Shown here: piece by piece, positions 9,708 to 18,995 of the stretch
Layout of the letters: every line of letters begins with the position of its first letter
Position numbering within the stretch: position 1 is the stretch's first letter
From: Candidatus Bathyarchaeia archaeon
GTDB lineage: Archaea > Thermoproteota > Bathyarchaeia > Bathyarchaeales > Bathycorpusculaceae
Direction of reading: 5' to 3'
Assembly (NCBI GenBank): GCA_049521795.1
Contig: JBEKOM010000013.1
Coordinates: 1-43,527 of the forward strand
DNA: 43,527 nucleotides
The notes under the pieces: generated by a model
What the model saw: the letters and a program-made list of their open reading frames with translations, nothing else
Database searches by the model: none
Told to the model about the DNA's origin: nothing
Program-made: the position numbers and the translations under genes

Positions 9708-10931
9708 TCAGGGTGTGTAAGGCTGTCCGTTTACAAAGATGTTGGTTAAAACGTCTGAAGCCCCAGGCGCGACACGATATATTGGTTGATAAATAGCGTT
9801 GTAGCTGTAGAAGTGGTCAATCATGGCTGTGCCGCCAGCATATATTTCTGAAAGCAGAGAAATGTAGGACCCGTAGTCCGTGCAGTTACTTATTGTCAGT
9901 ATATCGCCTACTTGCGTGTCTTTATAGTAGAATCCTGCTCCTGAACAGTTTTGGGAGATGCAGTTAACGGCGGTTGTTCCGCTGGAAAGCAAAAATCCAA
10001 AGTCATACCACACCACGTTTGGAGAACCAGTTCCACGTCCAACTTGCCCATCATCCTCTGCTAAACAGCCACTTAGAATGATGTTGCTCTTGATTGGAGC
10101 AAACTCAAAGTGGAATCCTTCCCGCCAACAGCCCGCAGCCAAGCAGTCAGTCAAGAAGACATTTTGTATAAGATGCAGGTTTTCAAAATCGAATCCGCCT
10201 ACCCAATCGGTAGAGTTTCCGTAGCGTCCACAATTTATGGCTTGGCAACGTGTAAGCCAGACATCTTTGATAGTGCCTACATTAGGGGGGGCTGTCTCAA
10301 ATATCCATCCATATCCAGTACCATTCACTGTTTTGCAGTCAATGAACTTCAAGTTTTGAACAGTAGTATTTCCAATATACACAAAGAATGATTTCGTTGT
10401 ATTGAGAGAATCACAGTCCACATTCTGAACCGTAATATTCTCTCTACCTGTGTAATAGGCCGAAACATAAATAGCAGCATCCTGGGGGTTACCGACACAT
10501 TTGAGATTGCGAATTACCGTGTTATTGCCAACAATTATGCTAGTGCTGTTTATGATTGTCGCGTCATTTTCGCCTTCCAAGACGATGTTACCAATTTGAT
10601 GAGGATTTATTTGTTGATTACTTGAATCATTGCTGTACGTTCCAGCCTTCAGAAATACAGTTCCACCATTCGTCAAGTTGCCTATTGCGTAGTTTATGGC
10701 TGGAATTGCGTTTGTGCTTGAGAAAGCTACGTTGCCGTTTGCAATTTGAGCATAATACATTGAGCCTTCTTCATAAATAGTATATCCTGGTTTGTAGACA
10801 ATCCTCCCGTTACTTTGCAAGGAGACAGAGGTTCGAGATGCGGCCAAGGCAAAGACTGTTGGCAGAACAATCGAAATCAGTATTACTGTAATTAACACGT
10901 GTAGTCTGCCTATGCGCTTCATGAAAGCCAT
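9708..10931 (-). CDS. Secreted or membrane-anchored right-handed parallel beta-helix protein (pectate-lyase-like fold)
   Basis: N-terminal TM/signal, AINYAIGNL...GGTVFLKAGTY cap motif, repeated N-V/I-x-L-x-x-C-x-A strands. Start moved to MAFMKR. Confidence 0.75.
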   Translation of the reverse strand: MAFMKRIGRLHVLITVILISIVLPTVFALAASRTSVSLQSNGRIVYKPGYTIYEEGSMYYAQIANGNVAFSSTNAIPAINYAIGNLTNGGTVFLKAGTYSNDSSNQQINPHQIGNIVLEGENDATIINSTSIIVGNNTVIRNLKCVGNPQDAAIYVSAYYTGRENITVQNVDCDSLNTTKSFFVYIGNTTVQNLKFIDCKTVNGTGYGWIFETAPPNVGTIKDVWLTRCQAINCGRYGNSTDWVGGFDFENLHLIQNVFLTDCLAAGCWREGFHFEFAPIKSNIILSGCLAEDDGQVGRGTGSPNVVWYDFGFLLSSGTTAVNCISQNCSGAGFYYKDTQVGDILTISNCTDYGSYISLLSEIYAGGTAMIDHFYSYNAIYQPIYRVAPGASDVLTNIFVNGQPYTP

Positions 10932-11151
10932 ATGGATCGTACGATTCAATATGAAACACACTGCCGCATTTAACGAGCGCGGTCTGTTAAAGCTTCCGAC
11001 ATAAGTGTCCAACGGCAGTACACTTACTGATTGAGTTATTAAGCACGAGCTTGAGCTGCCAAACATGGTTCAGAGGCTTCTACCGTAACAGTCAATGTCT
11101 TCGGCACAATATCGCGCGCGCTCATTACTCTGAAGCAGGAAAGGTGACTTG

Positions 11152-12378
11152 ATGAAACTTCTATTCTTGGGTCCAATGTCTCTACACATGAAAACATGGT
11201 GTTCATTTTTCATCAACCGCCATGAGGTCTTGTATGCGACGATTCCAGATAACGCGCGCGCTACGAATCTAAAAATCTGTGATGACCTATTTGCTGAAAC
11301 TCCTCCACGTTATTTAACAAAGAAAGGTATCGATAACCCGAGTAGTTTCCAAGGCAGAGTCAGAATTGCAGCGCGAATAGTAGACGGAACAAGAAATCTC
11401 GTTGGGGCAAACACAATACAAACTTCATACATGAAAACAGTACCAGACACTGCGAGTTCGCCTCTTCGTCTTGCGTTTCAATTTGCTTATCTTGACAGGG
11501 TAAGAAAGCTTGTCAGAGAAGAGAACCCAGATGTGATTGAAGGACATTATCTGTTCCCATATGGTGTACTAGCAGCCTTTTCACGCCACCAAAAAATCGT
11601 GGCTTGCACTTGGGGCTCGGATCTTATGGTAGATTGTGTTCACTACTCCTATTATAGAATGCTCGCCAAGAAGGTGTTTGAGAAAGTGTACTTCGTTCAC
11701 GGACCATCTGCCGCGCTTAAAGCATACTCATTGAAACTAGGTTGTCCTGAGGATAAATTCTTTGTCGTACCCTGGGGCGCCGATCTCGATTTGTTCAAAC
11801 CACAGAATAGCGGTAATGAAATTCGAACAGAATATGGCATCGCAGATGATGTTCCTGTAATTATTAGTTGCAGAGCCTTGGAGCCACTTTATAGAATCAA
11901 CGAAATAGTAGAAGGATTCGCAATAGTCAAGAAAAAACTTCCAAAGGCAAGACTTATGATACTGAACGATGGAAGCGAGAAAACGAAGCTCTTGAGCTTA
12001 TGCAAAAACCTTGGCATTTCTGGCTCGGTGCATTTTGCAGGCAGGATTCCTCACGAACGATTGCCCTTCTTCTTAGCCGCATCAGATTTATACGTACAGA
12101 TGCCCACCTCAGACGGTCTACCCGTATCCCTGCAAGAAGCTATGGCATCTGGGCTTCCAGTTGTAACATCAAATGTCGGCGGAAATTCTGAGGCTGTTTG
12201 TGGCAACGGTTTTTTCGCCACTGATCATCTGGAGTTGGCCGAAAAGGTTTTACTCATACTCAGAAAGAACATGGCAAAAGACCTGGGAAAAATAAGTAGG
12301 CACATAGCAGAAGAGAAATACAATCGAAGAGATAACATGACCAAGATGGAGACATTATACGGACGCTCTGGCCTGTAA
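11152..12378 (+). CDS. GT4 glycosyltransferase
   Basis: Motifs TWGSD, PWGADLDLF, RALEPLYRI, DGLPVSLQEAMASGLP. GGTGA RBS upstream. Confidence 0.93.
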   Translation: MKLLFLGPMSLHMKTWCSFFINRHEVLYATIPDNARATNLKICDDLFAETPPRYLTKKGIDNPSSFQGRVRIAARIVDGTRNLVGANTIQTSYMKTVPDTASSPLRLAFQFAYLDRVRKLVREENPDVIEGHYLFPYGVLAAFSRHQKIVACTWGSDLMVDCVHYSYYRMLAKKVFEKVYFVHGPSAALKAYSLKLGCPEDKFFVVPWGADLDLFKPQNSGNEIRTEYGIADDVPVIISCRALEPLYRINEIVEGFAIVKKKLPKARLMILNDGSEKTKLLSLCKNLGISGSVHFAGRIPHERLPFFLAASDLYVQMPTSDGLPVSLQEAMASGLPVVTSNVGGNSEAVCGNGFFATDHLELAEKVLLILRKNMAKDLGKISRHIAEEKYNRRDNMTKMETLYGRSGL

Positions 12379-12430
12379 ACATATTTGGGTTACTATTCAC
12401 TCATGAGTTGGCGCGCGCGCACTGTACTAA

Positions 12431-12611
12431 TCACGTAGGTTGCGGTTGAGTTGGAACTGTGAAAAGTTTGCCCTCTATACGAATGTTTGCTAAAATGTCT
12501 GAAGCCCCAGGGGCGACGAGGTATGGAGGCAAATAAGTAGCGTTATAGCTGCAAAAGCCATCAATCACGGCTGTTCCACCACTGTAGAGCTCTGAAAGTA
12601 TACAAATATAG
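12431..12611 (-). pseudogene. C-terminal fragment of a beta-helix gene paralogous to 9708..10931, between two (GC)n tracts
   Basis: YICILSELYSGGTAVIDGFCSYNATYLPPYLVAPGASDILANI versus YISLLSEIYAGGTAMIDHFYSYNAIYQPIYRVAPGASDVLTNI. Confidence 0.85.
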
Positions 12612-12789
12612 GCGCGCGCGGTAAGTACGAACAAATTTATGAAGCTTTGACGTCGCAAAGCTGAAAACCCTGTCTGGTAATTGACCTAAATATTCTCTCA
12701 AAAATGATGTGGATCAATCGCTTTAAGAAAGTGGCTATGAGAATTCTTCAAAACAGTGAGCACCAGAGGTTAGCGCGCGCGAAAAAGAG

Positions 12790-13596
12790 GTGTCCACATT
12801 GTTGGAAATAAGCAGAAAAAGTCACATGCTTAGGATAAAAGAAATCTGGTTCAGTGAGTGTCCCTTTGATGTGGATGACTGCGATGTAGTTATGTTCTCA
12901 GATTGCAGAAATAAAGTTGATCTAAGTGGTTTTACTTGCAAGCCAAAAACAACTTCTATCATAAATCTGACGCAGCCGTTAGAGCAAATTTGGAAAAACA
13001 TGAGTAAGTCTTCATGCAGATATGCCATTAGAAGAGCAGAGAGAGACGGGGTTATAGTTAAAGTCAACCAAAACTACAGAGAATTCCAAGAAATTAATAC
13101 GTCTTTCAGATTAGCAAAACGATTACCAGAATATGTATATTCAAAGAACTTAATTGACATAATCAAAAGATATGGGGTTTTATTTATTGCCAAATATAAC
13201 TGGGGAATATTGGGTGGATTAGCCTTTTTGACAGATGGAGACACTTTCAGATGGTTAGTAGGAGCCTCTAAGCGTTTACAAGTTGATGGGGAGAGAGCAA
13301 CACTAATAGGGAATGCGAATAAATTGATGATTTGGGAGGCGATAAAATACGCAAAAGCTTTGGGTGCGAAAGAATTCGATATGGGCGGTATATATACAGG
13401 AGAGAACAAAGACGATCAGAGATACACGATAAGTAAATTCAAACTGGGTTTCGGAGGAGAGGTTAAAACCCATTATGACTATCAAAAAGTCTACTTTAAA
13501 CTTTACAGTTTCGCCTTAGCACTTTATCAATTGAAGCAAGCTTGCGTTGCCCGCGCGCGCGTCAGGAAGGTTGCAGCCGCGCGCTATCAGCTATAG
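12790..13596 (+). CDS. FemAB/GNAT-fold acyl or aminoacyl transferase
   Basis: Motifs INL...IWKNMSKSSCRYAIRRAERDGV, MIWEAIKYAK...FDMGG, FKLGFGG. Confidence 0.85.
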   Translation: MSTLLEISRKSHMLRIKEIWFSECPFDVDDCDVVMFSDCRNKVDLSGFTCKPKTTSIINLTQPLEQIWKNMSKSSCRYAIRRAERDGVIVKVNQNYREFQEINTSFRLAKRLPEYVYSKNLIDIIKRYGVLFIAKYNWGILGGLAFLTDGDTFRWLVGASKRLQVDGERATLIGNANKLMIWEAIKYAKALGAKEFDMGGIYTGENKDDQRYTISKFKLGFGGEVKTHYDYQKVYFKLYSFALALYQLKQACVARARVRKVAAARYQL

Positions 13597-13631
13597 CGAT
13601 CAATCGAGTGATATTTCAGGAAGAGGATTGT

Positions 13632-15383
13632 ATGCCTGGCCTTTGGGGGATAATTACCGAGAACAACACGAAGATGAACGAGGATTTTTCAGATGCTTTT
13701 CATGAGGAACGGAGCGTCAAATATCTAAGGGACAATGCGAACGTGGATGGAACGAATTTCGGACGGTTTTCTGTAGACAAGTTCAAAAAGGACAAGATTT
13801 TCAGAAAGGTTGGGCAAACGTCTGTTGTCTCAGAAGGTATAGTTCTTAACATGACGACTCTTCTGCGACAATATCATGCACGAGACTTTGCTGAACTTGT
13901 GACAAAAGTATATGAGCAATTTGGTTTGAGATTTATTAATTTGTTAAGGGGAAATTTTGCTGTTTTCCTCTGTTTCCACAGTGATAACAAGGCGCTCCTT
14001 TTCACTGACCACTTAGCTGCAAAACCAGTTTACTATTATTGGGATAAGAGGTCACGTACACTTGTCTTTGCATCGGAGTTGAAAGTCGTTTCAAGAATCA
14101 TGAGACACATGGGTTTTGCTTGTCACCTCGATGTCAACGGGGCTTACTGCCTGCTAACATTTGGATATATGCTCGGCGACCTCACGTTGATTAGAGAAGT
14201 AAGCAAGATACCTCCTGGACATGCGCTAGTCTACGACAATGGAGAAATAGAGGTCGAAGAATACTATCGATTCTCGAACAAGCCATATGTAGAAGATGCT
14301 GAAGCCCAAATAGTGAGGGAGCTAGACCAAAGATTTCGAGAAGCTATCCGATTAGAGTACAACAAAGACTCTGAAAACGGATACTCACACCTGGTTACGC
14401 TAAGTGGGGGACTTGATTCACGAACAAATGTGGCGTATGCAGAGAAGATTGGCTACGACAATATTACTTGTTTTACTTTTAGTGAAAGCAACTATCTGGA
14501 CCAAAAAATCGCAAGACAAATCTGTTCAGACCACCACTTCCGATGGGTTTTTTACGCCCTAGATAATGGTGATTATTTGGCAACCAATCTTGATGAAATA
14601 GTAGCTTCAAATGATGGTATGGTTCTCTACGGCGGTTCCGCACACTTGTACAGTTGTCTACGAAATCTGTCATTTGAAGACTACGGATTGGTCCATACGG
14701 GAATGCTGGGAGATGCAATGTACAAATTCCTCGAAGCACCTTACCACACACACATCACAGATGACTTGGGGGCATATTCGAACAGACTGTTAGCACGTAT
14801 TCAATCGAAAGTCAAGGAAGAGCTTGCAAAATACCCAACCATTGAACTATTCAAGTATTACAACAGAGGCATAAACTGTGTCTTCAATGGATATCGTATG
14901 ATCGAACAGTTCACAGAATTTTCCTCTCCGTTTTTGTACAAAGATTTTCTTGACTATGTTCTTAGAATTCATCCAAAGTACAGATACAAGGCATCTATTT
15001 ACTTGAAATGGATAAATTCGTATTTGCCAGAATACTCGGGATACATATGGGAACATTGTGGCGTGCCCCCCAAATATCCGCGCCCAATTCGCACAGTTTC
15101 TTGGTCAATCAGAGCAGCTGCTGGAAGAATATTCAGAGAGCAACCACGAAACGTAGCAAGAACTCTGAGCATGAATCCGTTCGATTGCTGGTGGAGACAC
15201 AACGATAGTTTGCGGAAAAGAATCCAGTCTATCTTTGAGCAAAGAATCCTGAATATCGATATGGATCAAAATCTGCGAGAGGACAGTGAATTCTTGTTCA
15301 GAACAGGCTCCCTGTTGGAGAAAACGCAAGTCCTGACTCTAATAACCGCAATCAAGACTCTGGGACTCACAAACGATGTGTGA
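13632..15383 (+). CDS. Asparagine-synthetase-like amidotransferase (glycan modification)
   Basis: Motifs LRGNFA, TDHLAAKPVYY, FASELK, LSGGLDSR. Starts MPGL rather than MCGI. Confidence 0.88.
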   Translation: MPGLWGIITENNTKMNEDFSDAFHEERSVKYLRDNANVDGTNFGRFSVDKFKKDKIFRKVGQTSVVSEGIVLNMTTLLRQYHARDFAELVTKVYEQFGLRFINLLRGNFAVFLCFHSDNKALLFTDHLAAKPVYYYWDKRSRTLVFASELKVVSRIMRHMGFACHLDVNGAYCLLTFGYMLGDLTLIREVSKIPPGHALVYDNGEIEVEEYYRFSNKPYVEDAEAQIVRELDQRFREAIRLEYNKDSENGYSHLVTLSGGLDSRTNVAYAEKIGYDNITCFTFSESNYLDQKIARQICSDHHFRWVFYALDNGDYLATNLDEIVASNDGMVLYGGSAHLYSCLRNLSFEDYGLVHTGMLGDAMYKFLEAPYHTHITDDLGAYSNRLLARIQSKVKEELAKYPTIELFKYYNRGINCVFNGYRMIEQFTEFSSPFLYKDFLDYVLRIHPKYRYKASIYLKWINSYLPEYSGYIWEHCGVPPKYPRPIRTVSWSIRAAAGRIFREQPRNVARTLSMNPFDCWWRHNDSLRKRIQSIFEQRILNIDMDQNLREDSEFLFRTGSLLEKTQVLTLITAIKTLGLTNDV

Positions 15384-15423
15384 GACCATAGGTGGCCAGC
15401 TTGCCTATTCCGTGGCTTGTGTT

Positions 15424-15684
15424 TAGCGCGCATGCGTGTTCCTAAAATGGTCAAAAATGGTTTTAATTCCGCTCTGCCCGTTTATCCTGTGCTCGAGAAA
15501 GACAAAATACCCAGAGAAATCAATAGCAGGCACGAAGCCCAAAGCCGTCCCTAGATCATGAAGGCGGATAAAAACCATTTTAGGCCAATTTCGGAACAAG
15601 CATGCACGCTACTCGAAACCTGCAGAAGTGCCAAAAACGAATTGAAACCATTTTTCACCATTTTCGGAACAGGCATGCACGCTA
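15424..15684. mobile_element. Non-coding MITE-like element with 45-bp imperfect terminal inverted repeats and a second internal right end finishing at 15611
   Basis: 15424-15468 matches the reverse complement of 15640-15684 at 40/45 positions. Both ends terminate in TA. Confidence 0.75.
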
Positions 15685-15782
15685 CGTCGTGATTACCATT
15701 CCTCTGTCTAATGCGAGCGTAGTCGATTCACACTGAGGCGTGTGAATATGCGTGAGAATCTGATTATTGGGCTCTGGTTCCT

Positions 15783-16853
15783 ATGGTTGAAAGACTTCTA
15801 GTCTTCACCACTTCCAATCTTCTTGGTTCGAGCGACAGGCTCAGAGGAAAGAATGTAGTCGATGCCCTCAACAAAGTTGGCTTTGAGGCAACTTGGTATC
15901 CTGGTATCGGTGAAGAGTCAAGTGACAAGCGTGTGTTGACATTTGTACATGTGGTGATGGATGTTCTTAGGAAAACGATTACGCTGGTCAAAAATTCAGA
16001 ACAATCCACTGCAGTGCTGATCCAAAGACATATTACGCAGGATTGGTTTACTGGCAGTTCATTCTTGTTCGCCTTTTTGACGAAATTTGTGTTCAAGAAG
16101 AGACTCCTATACGACATTGATGATGCGCTCTTCCTGCAGAGTCCCTCTGAAGTCCCCCTGCTGATCAGTATTTCTGATGTGGTGCTGGTTGCGAGTCACG
16201 AGTTGTACCAATACGCCAAGAGATACAACAGGCATGTGATATTCATGCCGACATGTTCTGACAGAGAAGTAAGCCGCGAGACCAAGGAACACAAGAAGCG
16301 GCGACAGATCACTCTTGGTTACGTTGGGTCTCCTTCTACCACAGTTTTCCTCCGCGAAATTATTGACCCATTGGCGGCACTGGCAAGAACCCATGACATC
16401 GAGCTTGTAGTGTCCTCGGCCAAGAGCGCCGAGGAATATGAGCCATTCCTCGCAATCTTTGAGGAGTTCAGAAGAAAAGGGGTGAAGGTTCGTTCCTTGC
16501 TGTGGAGCCTTGAACGGGAGGGTACCATACTGGAGGAATTGGACATCGGCTTGGCCCCCCTTTCAAATAGTGAGTGGAACAAGTACAAAGGAGGATTCAA
16601 AATCATCAATTACATGACGGCGGGAATACCAACTGTCGCAAGTGCCGTCGGCGAAAACAATATCATAATCGAAAACGGAGTTAATGGTCTACTATGTAGA
16701 AATCAGAGCGAATGGGTTCAGAAGCTTCAGCATCTGATCGAGGACAAGAAGCTCAGACAACTAATCTCGAAAAATGCCAGAGAAACTGTCTTAGCTCGGT
16801 ACTCTTTGCAGGCAAACGCCAAGCGACTTGCAGAACTTTTGATCAGGATCTGA
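15783..16853 (+). CDS. GT4 glycosyltransferase
   Basis: Motifs YDIDDA, LGYVGS, DIGLAPL...KGGFKIINYMTAGIPTVAS. Confidence 0.92.
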   Translation: MVERLLVFTTSNLLGSSDRLRGKNVVDALNKVGFEATWYPGIGEESSDKRVLTFVHVVMDVLRKTITLVKNSEQSTAVLIQRHITQDWFTGSSFLFAFLTKFVFKKRLLYDIDDALFLQSPSEVPLLISISDVVLVASHELYQYAKRYNRHVIFMPTCSDREVSRETKEHKKRRQITLGYVGSPSTTVFLREIIDPLAALARTHDIELVVSSAKSAEEYEPFLAIFEEFRRKGVKVRSLLWSLEREGTILEELDIGLAPLSNSEWNKYKGGFKIINYMTAGIPTVASAVGENNIIIENGVNGLLCRNQSEWVQKLQHLIEDKKLRQLISKNARETVLARYSLQANAKRLAELLIRI

Positions 16854-16871
16854 CAATGGAAGCGCGCGCGC

Positions 16872-17091
16872 CTTCTATGAAAATTTCATAGGGAGAAATA
16901 TGCATGACAGATCGTCATTCACACGAACTTGATAAAATAGTTGCATATGTTGGCCTTGCCTTCTCGTCTGGCCTTACTGTTTGGTTGACAATCACTGCAA
17001 GTCACTTTACATATGTCCTAGTCGGGTTGCTTGTGTTCTTTGCTTGCTCTATTTACCTTTTCATAAGAAGAACCTTGTCTAGCTCTACATT
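16872..17091 (+). pseudogene. Truncated 5' duplicate of the 5939..7825 membrane gene with its upstream region, bounded by two 10-nt (GC)n tracts
   Basis: MTDRHSHELDKIVAYVGLAFSSGLTVW...YLFIRRTLSSS matches the N-terminus of 5939. Homology stops at the tract at 17092. Confidence 0.9.
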
Positions 17092-17101
17092 GCGCGCGCG
17101 C

Positions 17102-17713
17102 TTGAGTCACGTCCAAGCTTAGGAGGTGAATCCTAACGGGACAAGATGAACACGAGACCCTTGAAACCCTCTTCAGAAACGTAGACTTAAGTTTTGCTAG
17201 AGCAGCGTTGCTCAGATGCTTCCACACGGTCGAACCCGGTAGGCCTCTCAGAAACCCATTGGGACTTTTCAGAACATTCATCGTCATGAGAATGAAAAGC
17301 GTCCGCAGCCTCAGAGAAATGACAAGACTACTCGACACGGACCTGCGGCTCAGAAAACTATGCCTCATCAAACCAGCCGAAGCAGGCTATCCCAGAAGCG
17401 TTCTCAGCAGGTTCATCCGCAAGGTCGGAGAAGACAAACTCACCAGAATAATCGAGGAGAAAGTAGTTAAACTGTTGAAACAAACGCCGCAAAAGAGGTT
17501 GATGCCGTACTAGGTACCTCGTTCATAAAGGCCTGGAGCACACGCCATCCCGCGCGCGGTACAGCCTAGTCGTCAACAAGGTCAGAGCTTTGAGAAATGT
17601 CGCTTCCTACGCGCTCTACAGCCTGCTGTGTTTAGTTCTGAACAGAGAAGCGGCAGAAAACCTCAGAAGACCCGACAAAGCCGTCTCACCGACCTACTTC
17701 AACACATAATAAA
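17102..17713 (+). mobile_element. Decayed DDE transposase gene (IS4/IS5/IS1182-like), frameshifted with its core deleted at a (GC)n tract
   Basis: N-terminal PGRP...SLREM..LL.TD.RLR.LC...P.SVLSRF, then DAVLGTSFIKAWS, tract at 17551-17558, then C-terminal NKVRALRNV...PTYFNT*. Confidence 0.75.
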
Positions 17714-17750
17714 GCGCGCGCGCTACGATATTGTTGCTGGTTGACCTTTG

Positions 17751-18839
17751 ATGAGAATATGTTACGTATCAGGAGGAACAAGTGTACATGATCAGAGGTT
17801 TCTCATTTCCTTGGCAGAAAGAGGACATGAAATGCATCTCGTTTCGTTTTCTCGAGCGAATATGCCTAGCATTTATGAAAAAAGCAAGGTATACGTGCAC
17901 CACACAAAATGCCCTATTGAATGGTTAAACCCCTTGGTTCCCCCCATGCTTAACAGAATTATACATAAGGTTAAACCCGACGTAATTCACAGCGGTTTTC
18001 TTCAATCATACGGATTCTACGCTGCATTGGTGAACCATCATCCTTTGCTCTCAATGCCGTGGGGTTCTGACGTACTTGTCTATCCCAAGTCTCCTTTGTA
18101 TGGATGGATTACACGGTTCACCTTATCAAGGGCAGACATGATCACATGCGATTGTCGCAGAATGAAGAGTGAAATCTTGAGACTTGTCGATTTTCCTGAA
18201 GTAAGAATCGTTGTTTTTCCTTGGGGAATTGACCTAGCAAAGTTCAATCCTCTCAAAATCGATCCAGAAATAAGAGAGCAATTGGGATGGGAAGACAATT
18301 TGGTCGTGATTCATGACCGAATGTTTGAGAAGATATACGGGCCAGAGTATCTTGTTGATGCAATACCCGGAATAGTGAAAGAGATTCCAGAAGCAAGATT
18401 TCTCTTCTGCGGGACAGGTCCCTTAGAGAGAAAAATGAAAAAAGAAATAGCCAGACTTGGGCTTTCTAGTTATGTCCATTTTGCGGAATTCGTGAAGAAC
18501 GAGGACCTCTCAAAGTACCTAAACAGCGCTGATTTGTATGTTTCATGTTCTTTGTCCGATGGATCATCAATTAGTCTGTTGGAAGCGATGGGTTGCGGTT
18601 TGCCCGTGATCGTCACAGACCTCCCGGCCAACTCGGAATGGATCACAGATGGCAGAAACGGGTTGGTGGTCCCTCTTCGCAACTCTCAGGTGTTAGCTCA
18701 GAAAATAGTAGAGTTGCTGAAGGACACTGCGCGTAGGGAGCAATTCGGATTAAGAAACCTCGAAATTGCCAGGGAAAAAATAGACTGGGAAAGGAACCTT
18801 GGAATTCTGGAGAAGATCTATGAACACCTTGTAGGCTGA
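17751..18839 (+). CDS. GT4 glycosyltransferase
   Basis: Motifs PWGSDVL, PWGIDL, SDGSSISLLEAMGCGLPV. Confidence 0.94.
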   Translation: MRICYVSGGTSVHDQRFLISLAERGHEMHLVSFSRANMPSIYEKSKVYVHHTKCPIEWLNPLVPPMLNRIIHKVKPDVIHSGFLQSYGFYAALVNHHPLLSMPWGSDVLVYPKSPLYGWITRFTLSRADMITCDCRRMKSEILRLVDFPEVRIVVFPWGIDLAKFNPLKIDPEIREQLGWEDNLVVIHDRMFEKIYGPEYLVDAIPGIVKEIPEARFLFCGTGPLERKMKKEIARLGLSSYVHFAEFVKNEDLSKYLNSADLYVSCSLSDGSSISLLEAMGCGLPVIVTDLPANSEWITDGRNGLVVPLRNSQVLAQKIVELLKDTARREQFGLRNLEIAREKIDWERNLGILEKIYEHLVG

Positions 18840-18995
18840 GGCAAGCCGTTTAGGCAAGAATCTATCAAATCAACGCCCGCCTCACAACTATTGCAGAGAA
18901 ATCACTAGCAGAAGTTGCGGACTGAATGGCATACAGCTGCCTCGGAGGACTAATCCAAATCTTGTGGATCTTCGCACGTGTCTTCACCGAATGCC

